The notes beneath the pieces are model-generated. The model had not been told where the DNA came from and did not search any database. It was given only the letters and a program-made list of their open reading frames with translations. From a virus (Duplodnaviria; Caudoviricetes), in the IMG/VR virus record IMGVR_UViG_3300032304_002452, positions 1 through 56,865 of that record: a DNA stretch of 56,865 bases, one strand, 5' to 3'. Within the stretch, counting starts at the first letter, position 1. Each line of letters starts with the position of its first letter. The translations under genes were made by a program, and so were the position numbers. Of this stretch, positions 18,004 to 28,434 are shown in pieces.

Positions 18004-19170
18004 ATGATTTATAAATATACTGAATTTTTACTTGAAAAGTTAATATTAGAATCTGATGTTATTTATTCTGATAAGTTTCGTACAATTTTATCTAGAATGA
18101 AAGAAGATAAAATCGCTGAAGAATTGTTAAAAATTGAAAATAAAGACTTAGATGTGGTTTCTAATTTCTTTGATGTTAAAATTGATAATGATAATTTGGT
18201 TACTTTTACTCCTGATAGGATTGCGCAACAAATTTTGAATGATTCAAAAGAATATTATCGATATGTAGGAGGTCAAGGAGGCTGGCTTACTAATAATATT
18301 AATGCTAATGGTAATATATTTGAAATATTAGGATTTGTTCCAAAAACTACTGATGTATATAGACCGAATAATACTGAATTAGGTGAAATTCAAAGTAGAT
18401 ATAAATCAAAAAAGAGTGGTAAAACCTGGTGTTATGTTAAATTTCCAGAAGGGGAAGGAGTTTACAACTTTGAAAAGTTAAGAAAAGAAGAAAAAGATTT
18501 AAAGAAAGTAGTTTTTACTAAAAATCGACAGGAAATTAGAACTGGTAGAGCCATTAGATTATTACTTACCGCTAATAGTGTTAGTGTTACAGACTCGGAA
18601 ATAGAGAAATTTGTGAATGGATTTAGGGCAATTTTATCCATAATGAATGATGTCTTTTCTCGATTTGATATTGTTGAAGGAGATGCTTTAGGTTATTGGT
18701 ATAATCGAAAAAATTATCTACATCCAGGTAGAGGAACTATGGGAACTTCTTGTCAAGCCGTTGGAAGGATTGATTGGTTGGAAATTTATATCAAAAATCC
18801 CGAAACAGTTAAATTATTAATTCTTAGATCAGAAGAAAATTGGGATAAAATAATTGGAAGATCTCTTCTTTGGAAATTAGATGATGGAAATACTTTTATG
18901 GACTATATTTATACCTCAAATGATTCAGATGATAAAGTATTTAAAGAGTATGCCAAATCAAAAGGATGGATAAATCTAGATGAATCTTTTGGTAGAAATT
19001 TGACAACTCATATAAAACCCGGTAGGTTGGACGCTTATCCTTCAGTTGATACTATGAATCATTGGAATCCTGAGACAGGAAAAATTAGTAATAAAAGTTT
19101 TCCAGGATCAGAGAGTATAATTTGGTCAAATGATGAAGATGAAGATGATTTTGAAGATGAAGATTACTAA
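18004..19170 (+). CDS. Tagged protein, paralogue of 7435..8664 (no Zn fingers)
   Basis: Start MIYKYTEFLLE at 18004; TSCQ, GRSLLW, FMDYIY, YPSVDT motifs. Confidence 0.65.
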   Translation: MIYKYTEFLLEKLILESDVIYSDKFRTILSRMKEDKIAEELLKIENKDLDVVSNFFDVKIDNDNLVTFTPDRIAQQILNDSKEYYRYVGGQGGWLTNNINANGNIFEILGFVPKTTDVYRPNNTELGEIQSRYKSKKSGKTWCYVKFPEGEGVYNFEKLRKEEKDLKKVVFTKNRQEIRTGRAIRLLLTANSVSVTDSEIEKFVNGFRAILSIMNDVFSRFDIVEGDALGYWYNRKNYLHPGRGTMGTSCQAVGRIDWLEIYIKNPETVKLLILRSEENWDKIIGRSLLWKLDDGNTFMDYIYTSNDSDDKVFKEYAKSKGWINLDESFGRNLTTHIKPGRLDAYPSVDTMNHWNPETGKISNKSFPGSESIIWSNDEDEDDFEDEDY

Positions 19171-19430
19171 TCTAACAAGTATTTCAACTTAACTGCTCTA
19201 AATAATTCTTTATTTTTATTTTGAAAAGTTTCATGGTACTGCCAACCATCAATAAAAAAAGAAGTCACTTCAGTTTCAAATTTAACATAAAGTTTTGATG
19301 TTTCATTATTATAAATGGGCAAATTTGAAGATCGCCAAATGGTGTTTTCATGGAATTTGAATCCAAGAGTTTCTAATACTTCATTCCAAATATCGTACAC
19401 TCGATATGTAGTCCACCACCGATACAACAA
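19167..19430 (-). CDS. Hypothetical protein
   Basis: 87 aa; ends RAVKLKYLLD. Confidence 0.5.
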   Translation of the reverse strand: MLYRWWTTYRVYDIWNEVLETLGFKFHENTIWRSSNLPIYNNETSKLYVKFETEVTSFFIDGWQYHETFQNKNKELFRAVKLKYLLD

Positions 19431-19721
19431 ACACGGTCTATTTTTTGATAAACTTTATCAGAATTGTGAAAGTCTTTCCTATCCATGATGGTCTATTTTC
19501 TCTACCGATTTTGTTTTCATAATCTCGATGATTTCATTAATATGAAATGGTCTGAACTCTCCGAATAACCTGTAAGCCACATCAATTCCAACATCCATAC
19601 TTTTGTTGAAATCTTCTATACTACCGTGTGAGTGTCCATAAAGGTGTATAACTCCTTTATGTGAGCCGTTCCATACTCGGTGTGAATAGTGTGATAGAAA
19701 AAACTTATTTTTACCCAGCTT

Positions 19722-20703
19722 CGTCAATTGTTTCTTGTTTCATATTATTTCTTTTTAAATTGTTCAAACCATTCTGATAATAATTCTTTTGTTGTCTTGT
19801 CAGATTCTTCAACCCTATTTTTCAAGTATGCCCATTTATGAAATTTAATCATATCTTCCTCACTATACATTCTTTCTGCTTGCCATTTAGCACCTTCAAT
19901 AAAATCAACTTCTATTGTACCATCGTCTTCTATGAAAGATTTAGCATACCTTTCAGCAGCTTCTTCAAGTGTTTCTTGTTTAGGTTCTAACGCACCTTTC
20001 AAGGACATATAGTTTTTAGCTCTTTTTTTAGCTTCTTCTAGTATTTTAATCTTGTTTTCTTTTTCACAATAATCACAGGTATTATCAGTAGGGTTTTCAC
20101 AAGTACATTCTTGTTTAGGTTCTTCTTTTGGAATGATGATTTTGTATGGTTTCATATTATGACCATAAATCATATTGTTTGTATCGAAATACTCTTCAAC
20201 TTTAACAAACTCACAACTTGGATTCTTAACAAACCATTCTAAAAACTCATCATCAATAGCTTGAATACCATCTTTTATTAAGTCTTGGTTTGTTGTTAGG
20301 ATGATTTTTTTACAATCAATTCTATAATGTGAGTATTTACTACAATTTACATATCCATCACCATTTTCACAAGCCTTAAATGGTTCAGGTTTTAAAGATA
20401 ATATATTATAAAACCAATTTCCTTCTTTAATTTCTTCATTAGAAGTGATGTAGATGTTTATATTATTTCCCAATGATTTTTTGATAAATTGTGTATCGTG
20501 ACATCTTGCTAAATTTCCTAATTTAGTCATCCATAACCTACTTGGTTTTTCTGTTGGTATTACGTGTATGTTTCGCATTGCGTTTAGTTTTGAGCCTGAA
20601 GTGTTTGTAATCGTGTTTCCAGTAATTGCATTAGCATTATGATATCAAGTCCTGAGTTCAATTGAGCTATTCGCTGCACTGTTTCCACAATCAATTGGTG
20701 TTG
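19722..20703 (-). mobile_element. ~980 bp foreign phage DNA insertion
   Basis: Interrupts the phosphoesterase between DYI and KLG; holds a complete ORF plus truncated flanking pieces; no transposase or terminal repeats seen. Confidence 0.6.
19745..20578 (-). CDS. Hypothetical protein (KQETLEEAAE family)
   Basis: 277 aa; EEPKQE and KQETLEEAAERY..FIEGAKWQAER modules. Confidence 0.65.
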   Translation of the reverse strand: MRNIHVIPTEKPSRLWMTKLGNLARCHDTQFIKKSLGNNINIYITSNEEIKEGNWFYNILSLKPEPFKACENGDGYVNCSKYSHYRIDCKKIILTTNQDLIKDGIQAIDDEFLEWFVKNPSCEFVKVEEYFDTNNMIYGHNMKPYKIIIPKEEPKQECTCENPTDNTCDYCEKENKIKILEEAKKRAKNYMSLKGALEPKQETLEEAAERYAKSFIEDDGTIEVDFIEGAKWQAERMYSEEDMIKFHKWAYLKNRVEESDKTTKELLSEWFEQFKKK

Positions 20704-21012
20704 AATGTAATCAACATCTTTTATAGTTAAAAATGAGTCCTTATATAAATCTATATGTTCATCGTGGTTGCCTCTTAAAATATGTATATTCTGACATCTT
20801 AGAGAATCTCTATAAATTGGTGTTTTATTGTGTCCACCGAAACAGAAATCACCTAGATGATAAAGTATATCATCTTCTTTTACATAATTGTTTTGTTCAT
20901 CTCATTTACTGAATCAAATATTCTATATCCAGATTTCCAATTTGAAATCTTTGGTCCCGCTATGTTAGTGTGGGAAAAATGTGTGTCTGCTGTAAACCAA
21001 ATGTTCATAATA

Positions 21013-21020
21013 CAAATATA
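21013..21020 (-). promoter_or_regulatory. Bacteroidetes-type -7 promoter box TATATTTG
   Basis: Just upstream of ATG 21008. Confidence 0.55.
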
Positions 21021-21050
21021 AGGTAATTTTTTCTAAATATATAATTTTAT

Positions 21051-21320
21051 ATGAATTATTTAGATGACTATGGAAAGTTTAATCCTAAAACTAAGTTAGA
21101 TGCTAAAACTTATGTTGATAATAATTATTATGCCTTAAAACAAATAATGAATATCGATGAAGATGATTATGATTCAATAGAAGATGTTAAAGAAGTCTTA
21201 ATAGAATATTTTACTCGTTTTCCTGATCAGATATCAAGTGTAAGTTTTAATACGTTTGGTGTTGCTAAAAATTACGTTCCTCGATTAAATAATATCGGTG
21301 GTGTTATAAAATATCGATAA
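21051..21320 (+). CDS. Hypothetical protein
   Basis: 89 aa; AAATATATA upstream. Confidence 0.6.
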   Translation: MNYLDDYGKFNPKTKLDAKTYVDNNYYALKQIMNIDEDDYDSIEDVKEVLIEYFTRFPDQISSVSFNTFGVAKNYVPRLNNIGGVIKYR

Positions 21321-21322
21321 AT

Positions 21323-21976
21323 ATGAAATATATTAAATATATTAACCATTTTGAATCTGTTAATTCCTCATCAATTGAAAATTTATTAAAATCTTATGGT
21401 TTCTATTCGGCGGAAGAAATTTCTGAATTAATAGAGGATTCTTTATTAAGTTTAAAAGATTACATACAATATTTAAATGATGAATTTGATAGAGAATTTA
21501 TCACACTAATTCCTGAAGGAACGGGTTATCTACAATATTTTGATAAGTATAATAAAGAGAGGAAGTCAAATATTCAATTAAACAATCGGGTTTTGAGTAT
21601 AGATATGAGATTTGGTAATAAACTACACTATAAAACTACATCTAATATCACATACAAAGATATTTTAGATCGTCTAAATGTGGATTTTAAAGTTGTATAT
21701 CAACATCTAATACATCCTTACTATTATCTACTTATAAACTTAATTCCAGAAAATCTTACTTATTATGAAATTTATGGATATAGTCAGGGTAAAATGAAGG
21801 CGGGTGATTGTTACAGAATAAAACCTTTATATCCAATGTTTAAAGATAACTATACTGATTCGTTGAATTATTCAAGTGAATTAATAAGAGAGTTTTCAGT
21901 TAAATTGAATCACCTACGTGTTTTGTATGATGTTGGTTTTAGTTATGATGGTAAAGTAATTGATATTAGAATTTGA
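21323..21976 (+). CDS. Hypothetical protein with MKYIKYINHFES tag
   Basis: 217 aa ORF. Confidence 0.65.
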   Translation: MKYIKYINHFESVNSSSIENLLKSYGFYSAEEISELIEDSLLSLKDYIQYLNDEFDREFITLIPEGTGYLQYFDKYNKERKSNIQLNNRVLSIDMRFGNKLHYKTTSNITYKDILDRLNVDFKVVYQHLIHPYYYLLINLIPENLTYYEIYGYSQGKMKAGDCYRIKPLYPMFKDNYTDSLNYSSELIREFSVKLNHLRVLYDVGFSYDGKVIDIRI

Positions 21977-21996
21977 CCAAAATAAAAACCCAGAAG

Positions 21997-22200
21997 TTAA
22001 TTCTGGGTTTCTTTTATTTTCTCAATCACTCCTCTTTCAAATAATTCTTTTAAGACAGAATTACAAGTATAAGGTTTATCGTAGTAATATTCAATATTAA
22101 TTAGAATATTATTCATACCAGCTTGATATAAAACATCTAAGTTATATCTCTTAATTTCTAAGTTTCTTTGATTTAACAAATTTATAATTATCTGTTTCAT
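21997..22200 (-). CDS. Hypothetical protein downstream of uvsX
   Basis: 67 aa; stop lies in the hairpin aaacccagaa-gttaa-ttctgggttt. Confidence 0.5.
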   Translation of the reverse strand: MKQIIINLLNQRNLEIKRYNLDVLYQAGMNNILINIEYYYDKPYTCNSVLKELFERGVIEKIKETQN

Positions 22201-22216
22201 ATCAAGTGATTATTTT

Positions 22217-23443
22217 TTATTTGAAAAGATCTCCAGCATCAAATGATTCTGAATCCATTGTATCGTCATCTGGTGAATCAATAATATCATTGAATTGTTT
22301 TTCAGTTTCTTCAATCTCATCTATTGATTTGAATCTAAAATAATCATTTACAATCGGTGCCATTTTTTCAAGAATTTCCATTGTGAATATTTCTTGTGTA
22401 AATAACTGTTTAGTTGTAACTGACTTATCTAGGTGAGAAATATACCATCTGTTTCCACCTGGTGTGAATGTCATTTCTCCTGTATTCTTATCAACTTCCA
22501 TTTTGCCTTGAGCGATTCCAATTTGATTAAAATATTCTGGACGACAGAAGGTATCTAATCCAGTATATGGATTCATACCATGTGCGAATGAAATATCAAA
22601 CCTTATTTTCTTAGGTTTAGCCATACGATTTTTCATAGTTTTGAATAAAACTGAAATACCACTAGAACCTAAATCCATCTCATCCTCTTCACCGGTCTTT
22701 AATTTCGATTTTGACATCATTCCGATTACAGATGCTGAATATAATAGACCATTACCACCTTTAAGTTTCTCAACACTAAACATGTCGAGTGTCATATAAG
22801 TATGGTTTGCTACAATCATTGGTATTTCTAAATATCCAAGGTCTGTATTAATACTTCTAAACATAGAACCTAATGCTTTCGCTTTTGTCATATCTTGTTT
22901 AATATTACCAGCAAGTAGATCTTCTTTTTCTTTATTAGATGCCATTTGACCTAATGAGTCTAATACAATCATTAATTTAGGTAGTTCAAAACCAGCTATT
23001 TTTTGCTCTTTTAAGTCATCTAAAAGTTTAGTTAAAAGCATATTAACATCTTCAACTTTGTTAGATGTTATTAATCTAAATTTATCCAATGAATTATCAA
23101 TACCAAATTTAGGTAAGTCTTCTAAATCAATTGCTTGTTCTGTATCAATATAAATAACAGAATATCCAGCTCTTTGTGCATGTTTGGCGCAAGAGTAACA
23201 TAAGAATGATTTTCCTGCACCTGATTCCCCTGCAAAAGCTGTGATCCGATTTGTAGAAACTCCTCCACCTAATAACTTACCTGATAAAGCAGCGTCCAAT
23301 AAATAAACACCGGTTGTAATAAAAACCTTCTCTACAATTTCTTTTCTTATTTGAACTGGGATAGTTTTTGCAATATTATCTAGTATTGATCCAACTTTAC
23401 TAAATTCAAATTTCTTAACTTCTTTGCCTGTTTGTTTTGCCAT
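22217..23443 (-). CDS. uvsX: RecA/UvsX-like recombinase
   Basis: AGESGAGKS Walker A, YIDTE, IVLDSLG Walker B, ANHTY, GG.GL.Y.AS, KNR. Confidence 0.9.
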   Translation of the reverse strand: MAKQTGKEVKKFEFSKVGSILDNIAKTIPVQIRKEIVEKVFITTGVYLLDAALSGKLLGGGVSTNRITAFAGESGAGKSFLCYSCAKHAQRAGYSVIYIDTEQAIDLEDLPKFGIDNSLDKFRLITSNKVEDVNMLLTKLLDDLKEQKIAGFELPKLMIVLDSLGQMASNKEKEDLLAGNIKQDMTKAKALGSMFRSINTDLGYLEIPMIVANHTYMTLDMFSVEKLKGGNGLLYSASVIGMMSKSKLKTGEEDEMDLGSSGISVLFKTMKNRMAKPKKIRFDISFAHGMNPYTGLDTFCRPEYFNQIGIAQGKMEVDKNTGEMTFTPGGNRWYISHLDKSVTTKQLFTQEIFTMEILEKMAPIVNDYFRFKSIDEIEETEKQFNDIIDSPDDDTMDSESFDAGDLFK

Positions 23444-23553
23444 AAAATATAATTTTTATTATATATATAAAATTATATTTCCCTCTTTTATTATTTTATA
23501 TAATTACCACAGATATTTATTAAGGGTGGGAATATAATTTTTATATATACTAA

Positions 23554-24642
23554 ATGACAAAAGAAGACTTTTTATTAAGAGCACGAGAATTACATGGATA
23601 TAAATATAATTATCCTAATTTAAATAATAGAATATTATCTAATGATGATATTGATATTGAATATAATGGTATCATATATAGACAAAGAGTAGTTAAACAT
23701 ATATTATTAGGAAGATGTCCTGAGAAAAATACACCAAGTAAAACAACTGAACAATTTATATCAGAGGCTAAATTAATATGGTTTGATAAATACGACTATT
23801 CTTTAGTAGAGTATAAAGGAGCTTTGAAAAAAGTTAAAATAATCTATAAAGGAATTGTTTTTGAACAACTTGCTGTTTCACATTTAAATGGTCAATGTTG
23901 TGAAAAGAGTCTTAATCAAGAAAACTTTATTTTAAAATCTAAAGAAAAACATGGCAACCGATATGATTATAGTTTAGTAAAATTTAAAAATGGTAATTTA
24001 CCAGTATTAATTGGATATAAAGGAATTTATTATCTACAAAAACCATATTATCACCTTTCTGGAAATAGGCCAGAAAACATAAAATTGGCTGTTAGAAAAA
24101 CCAATAAACAATTTATTAACGAGTCAAATCAAGTACATGATTTTAAGTATAGTTATGATAAACTAAATTATATTTCCAATCAAACCAAAGTTATAATAAC
24201 TTGTCCAATACATGGAGATTTCAAACAAAGACCTCTTTCACACATCCAAGGAAATGGATGTCCATTATGTAATGAATCAAAGGGTGAAAAAGAGATTGCT
24301 AAATTTTTAGATAAAAAAAACATATCATATTATAGACAACATAAATTTCATGATTGTCGTAATGTATTTGAATTACCATTTGATTTCTATATACCTAAAT
24401 ATAGATTTATAATAGAATTTGATGGTAAGCAACATTATGAGCCTATTGAACACTTTGGAGGATTAAAAGCATATGAATCATTAAAAACCAATGATAAAAT
24501 AAAAAATGATTATTGTGAAGAAAACTATATTAACTTAATAAGAATTAAATATGACCAAGTTAATATAATTTGGGAAATTCTATGGGATAATTTGAAATTA
24601 TTCATAAATAATAAGGAATTTAATACTAAAAAAATCAGGTGA
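23554..24642 (+). CDS. Free-standing Vsr/DUF559-like endonuclease with KYDYS repeats
   Basis: Four F..KxKxxHGxKYxY repeats; CPIHG..GCPLC; SKGEK..PFDFY..IEFDGKQH..D..K. Confidence 0.8.
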   Translation: MTKEDFLLRARELHGYKYNYPNLNNRILSNDDIDIEYNGIIYRQRVVKHILLGRCPEKNTPSKTTEQFISEAKLIWFDKYDYSLVEYKGALKKVKIIYKGIVFEQLAVSHLNGQCCEKSLNQENFILKSKEKHGNRYDYSLVKFKNGNLPVLIGYKGIYYLQKPYYHLSGNRPENIKLAVRKTNKQFINESNQVHDFKYSYDKLNYISNQTKVIITCPIHGDFKQRPLSHIQGNGCPLCNESKGEKEIAKFLDKKNISYYRQHKFHDCRNVFELPFDFYIPKYRFIIEFDGKQHYEPIEHFGGLKAYESLKTNDKIKNDYCEENYINLIRIKYDQVNIIWEILWDNLKLFINNKEFNTKKIR

Positions 24643-25041
24643 TAGTTTTTCAGGCACACCTTCAAGTCTAAATGAGTTTGTAATCATTTTCAGCTCAGAT
24701 TTTAGATTATGAATTGCCTCATTGAAAATATCTTGTGAATTTTCATCTAAATAGATATTCAACCTCGAGCCATCGCCTAATCCTTCATTATAGAAATCTA
24801 CCTTTATACATTTATCATTTTTTCCTTGTAATTTCTGAGTTTTATCTGGGTATTTTCTAATTAAGTCTTTTAAGAATCTTTCAGTCATAAAATTATAACC
24901 AGGTACATAAAATCCATCTTCGAATTCAATAGTCATTACGTAATCTGTGATATAGTCTAAAAAGCAATCTTTGACAGCTTGTTCGATTTCATTTTTTATT
25001 TCATTATCGATAGATTCGTTAAAACGTTTAAGATGTTTCAT
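24598..25041 (-). CDS. Hypothetical protein with MKHLKRFNES tag
   Basis: 147 aa ORF. Confidence 0.65.
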   Translation of the reverse strand: MKHLKRFNESIDNEIKNEIEQAVKDCFLDYITDYVMTIEFEDGFYVPGYNFMTERFLKDLIRKYPDKTQKLQGKNDKCIKVDFYNEGLGDGSRLNIYLDENSQDIFNEAIHNLKSELKMITNSFRLEGVPEKLSPDFFSIKFLIIYE

Positions 25042-25091
25042 AATTGTGTATTCAAAATTAAATATATACTGGAAGAAAAAGATTATTTAAT

Positions 25092-27599
25092 ATGTCTAAA
25101 AACAAAGGAACCTTAGTATCATCCACAATAAGACCACTATCCACCAATTCATCTATGGCAACAGCGGTTGCGAATGAGATATTAGGTGGTTATCATACAG
25201 TAAACACATATACAGATAGAGATGCAATAACATATGATAGAAGAACATTTGGTATGTTGGTATATGTTTTAAATACTGATGAATTTTATCAATTAAAGAC
25301 AACTAATTCGGCTGACTTATCTGATAATTTAAACTGGACACTTGTTACTTTTAGTGGTGGTGGATCTGGTACAGAATGGTTAGATTCTGTTATTTCAAGA
25401 AGTGGAACACCACCGATTTCACCTTCAGTAGGCGATAGATATTTAGTTGTTGGTGGTAGTGGTATTTGGACTACTTTTAATGATTTGATAGTTGAGTGGA
25501 ATGGATTATCATATGATTTAACTGTTCCAACAGAAGGTACAACAGTTAGAGCTGATAATGAGACGACTTGTATTTATGTTTACTTAAATGCCGATTATCC
25601 GAGTGGAACTTGGACTAAACAAGATTTTGTTGTAGATCCATTTGAACCTCTTTGGAATATTGAACCATCAAAGACAATTAATGTTGGAACTAATTCTGAG
25701 TATTTGATTTATGGTGATTTGAATGTTGATGGTGTCGTCAATACATGGGGTAAGGTTGTTGTTTTGAATGGTGCTATTACGGGTAGTGGTTCGGTAAATA
25801 TTTTAGCAGGTGGTTCTGTTCAACAAGTAGATATGTTGACTGAAATATATGGTGGAACTGGAATCTCAATTGAGGCAACTTCGTTAAGTACGAGAAGTGT
25901 GTCAGTTGATATTGTTGCTGGTTCTGGGATTACCTTATCAAATTCAGGTAATTCTTTAGTTGTTTCAGCAATTGGTTCTGCAACGGCGAGTGGTGCTACA
26001 AAATATGTTATTCAGTCAACTGAAACTATTACTGTTCCTGATTATGAAGAGTATTGGATATACGGTGATTTAACTGTTTTTGGTACTCTTGATATTGGAA
26101 CATATGGTAAAGTAGTAGTGGCAAATGGTAATTTTATAGCTGCCTCTGGATCTTTGGTGAATAACATGGGTAATGTTGAAGTCTATGATTTATTGACTGT
26201 TACTGATGATAACTTGAAAGTTGATATTACAGAGATTAAATTTGGTAAAGCTGGTAGAATTCTTTTTGAGAGTGAGTTGAAGTATATTCCTTTAACAGGA
26301 ACTTATGCTCGTGTTTTAACAGAATCAGATAATTTAGTTTATTCAACTTCTAGTGCTTATTTAACTGCAACATACTCATCTGGTTTGGATAACTATTTAG
26401 GTATTTCTACTAATGATCCTTTAAAAAAGGTTCATATAAGAAATTCAGGTCTTTTAATTGATGGTTCTGAGGCTGAACAAGATGAGACAGTAGGTGATCA
26501 GAATTGGGCAAGAATTGTGGTCGATACTAGCACAAGTAATGTACAAGATATTTTAGACTTTAGAAATGATCAAGGTAGAGTTTTATTTGTCTCAGGTGCA
26601 ATTGAAGGTGGGAATAGATATCCGAGTGTTTCGATAGGTACATCTTCAACTGATAAATTGTTTCAGATTACAGATTATTATAGCACTCATACATTTTTAG
26701 AATTAACAAGAACCGGTTCATTTTCACAAATAAACACTAATGGATTCAAGTTGATTAATAATGATTTTGATGGTGTTTTTGCGACAGTTTCCGGTGCTGG
26801 CGCTTATTATGATGATGGAGTTGCTGTTAAATTCGCTGGAGTGGCAGATAACACAAATGGCGGTGGGACTTTTGGTTCTGTATTAGCATCTATTGATAGA
26901 AGTAATGGTTATCTTAATCAAATTGCTGTTCAATCAGATTATGCTTATATTTCAGTAGAAGATACTGTAAATGGTATCGTTTCTGATGTATTTGCATATA
27001 CTCATAGTTTAAGTTTGGAATATGTTTCAGCACCTTCCGCTACAATTGAGGAAATTACACTAAGTGATTATGGTATAAAGAATACTATAACTGGAACTTT
27101 TTCTATACAGGATATAATTGGCAATGATTTGGTATCAGTTTCCGATACTGGAACAGTTTCAATTTATGGTCTCACTAACAGTTCAGATACGAATGTTGTC
27201 ACTTGGAACTCAACAACAAAGGAATTAGGAGTCAGAAATTATTCGAGAAATTTCGTTTTGACTAGAGAAATATCATTTGAAACGGGGGAACAAGGTATAT
27301 ATATGATTGTAGTCCCTGATAAATGTAAATTGATATATCCTGTTGTTAGAGTGACAAAAGATATTGCTGGTACTGATAATGCTACTATTACTCTTCAAAA
27401 TGATGCTGGCACTACTATGACAGGTACAGCAGGAGTAATAACTCTATTAGCATCTACGACATTTGGTTCACAAGTTAGTGGATCCATTACGGGTAATAAT
27501 ACATTTGGAGCTTCAGGAGACCAAATTAGAATAGTAACAGCTAAAACCACTGCTGGTGGAAAATGTTCTATTGATTTACTTTTCGAGCTTGAGGATTAA
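25092..27599 (+). CDS. Virion structural protein (tail fibre/baseplate-like; DUF2793-like segment)
   Basis: G/S/T-rich; SVISRSGTPP..GDRYLV..W..IVEWNG; duplicated EY.IYGDL.V.G module; LGISTNDP repeat. Confidence 0.65.
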   Translation: MSKNKGTLVSSTIRPLSTNSSMATAVANEILGGYHTVNTYTDRDAITYDRRTFGMLVYVLNTDEFYQLKTTNSADLSDNLNWTLVTFSGGGSGTEWLDSVISRSGTPPISPSVGDRYLVVGGSGIWTTFNDLIVEWNGLSYDLTVPTEGTTVRADNETTCIYVYLNADYPSGTWTKQDFVVDPFEPLWNIEPSKTINVGTNSEYLIYGDLNVDGVVNTWGKVVVLNGAITGSGSVNILAGGSVQQVDMLTEIYGGTGISIEATSLSTRSVSVDIVAGSGITLSNSGNSLVVSAIGSATASGATKYVIQSTETITVPDYEEYWIYGDLTVFGTLDIGTYGKVVVANGNFIAASGSLVNNMGNVEVYDLLTVTDDNLKVDITEIKFGKAGRILFESELKYIPLTGTYARVLTESDNLVYSTSSAYLTATYSSGLDNYLGISTNDPLKKVHIRNSGLLIDGSEAEQDETVGDQNWARIVVDTSTSNVQDILDFRNDQGRVLFVSGAIEGGNRYPSVSIGTSSTDKLFQITDYYSTHTFLELTRTGSFSQINTNGFKLINNDFDGVFATVSGAGAYYDDGVAVKFAGVADNTNGGGTFGSVLASIDRSNGYLNQIAVQSDYAYISVEDTVNGIVSDVFAYTHSLSLEYVSAPSATIEEITLSDYGIKNTITGTFSIQDIIGNDLVSVSDTGTVSIYGLTNSSDTNVVTWNSTTKELGVRNYSRNFVLTREISFETGEQGIYMIVVPDKCKLIYPVVRVTKDIAGTDNATITLQNDAGTTMTGTAGVITLLASTTFGSQVSGSITGNNTFGASGDQIRIVTAKTTAGGKCSIDLLFELED

Positions 27600-27904
27600 T
27601 TAGTTTCGAAGGTGAGTATTGTAGTAAGATTCTCTTGACTAAAACCATGTAAAGGTTTCCCACCTTTCTTTAAATAATCTTGATAAATTTCTTGATAATC
27701 ATCATAAGTATAAATCTTCGAATCTATTTCAGAGTAAATTACTTCAGTATCATCAGTTGAAATTGTACTGTTTCTAAGTTTTATAGAACCATAGTTCGGA
27801 CCCATTGGTCCGACTGGTGCAGTTGTTCCCCCACTAGCACCACCAACTGTTTGGTCACCAATTGGAATATTTCTTTCATTAAATTGTTTCCAGGATTTAA
27901 TCAT
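27596..27904 (-). CDS. Hypothetical protein with MIKSWKQFNE tag
   Basis: 102 aa ORF. Confidence 0.6.
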   Translation of the reverse strand: MIKSWKQFNERNIPIGDQTVGGASGGTTAPVGPMGPNYGSIKLRNSTISTDDTEVIYSEIDSKIYTYDDYQEIYQDYLKKGGKPLHGFSQENLTTILTFETN

Positions 27905-28373
27905 TCTTTATTGGTAATTTTTCAAAAAACTCATCTTCCATCTCTAAAGAGAATTCATCTTTATTTGTATTGTAGATTATATTGTAGAGTATATTATCTT
28001 TTAATTTGACTTTTTCTCCATTTTTAAGAGTCATTATAGAAATTTCATCTTCATAGTTATTATAAATTTGAGCAATTTGAATTCCAATTTTACCATCTCT
28101 ATCAAATAAATTACAAATTACCTTTTTTCCTTCATCTAATAGATTAGATATTTTGGTAAAAGTAGTTTCTTTGGATAATAATCTATAATCCATTAAATCC
28201 TCATCCGATGTTTGGTCATAATGATCCAGGAATTCCTGTTCAGTTTTAGATAATTTTATCTTATTAGATATTTTATCTAATATTTGATTTAATCGAACTT
28301 CTTTAAGAGATTCGTTTAATTTGAAATAAGATATGAATTTCTTGAACGTCATGATGTTATTTCTATTTTTCAT
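27897..28373 (-). CDS. Hypothetical protein with tag-like start and DUF6576-like ILDKIS..E.EFL helix
   Basis: TFKKFISYFKLNES; LNQILDKISNKIKLSKTEQEFL. Confidence 0.55.
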   Translation of the reverse strand: MKNRNNIMTFKKFISYFKLNESLKEVRLNQILDKISNKIKLSKTEQEFLDHYDQTSDEDLMDYRLLSKETTFTKISNLLDEGKKVICNLFDRDGKIGIQIAQIYNNYEDEISIMTLKNGEKVKLKDNILYNIIYNTNKDEFSLEMEDEFFEKLPIKND

Positions 28374-28434
28374 ATTCTATATATTAAGAATGATATCATA
28401 ATTTATATATACTCTACAAGATTAAGTTAATTAA

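Larger units (their letters stand above)
19479..21008 (-). pseudogene. Calcineurin-like metallophosphoesterase, frameshifted and interrupted by an insertion
   Basis: N-part MNIWFTADTHFSH; frameshift ~20882; LYHLGDF..GNHD..DVDYI; C-part KLGKNKFFLSHY..LYGHSH at 19479-19721. Confidence 0.8.

Noticed and set aside
19722-20703. IS element or intron
   Set aside because: No transposase, terminal inverted repeats, target duplication or endonuclease/RT seen.
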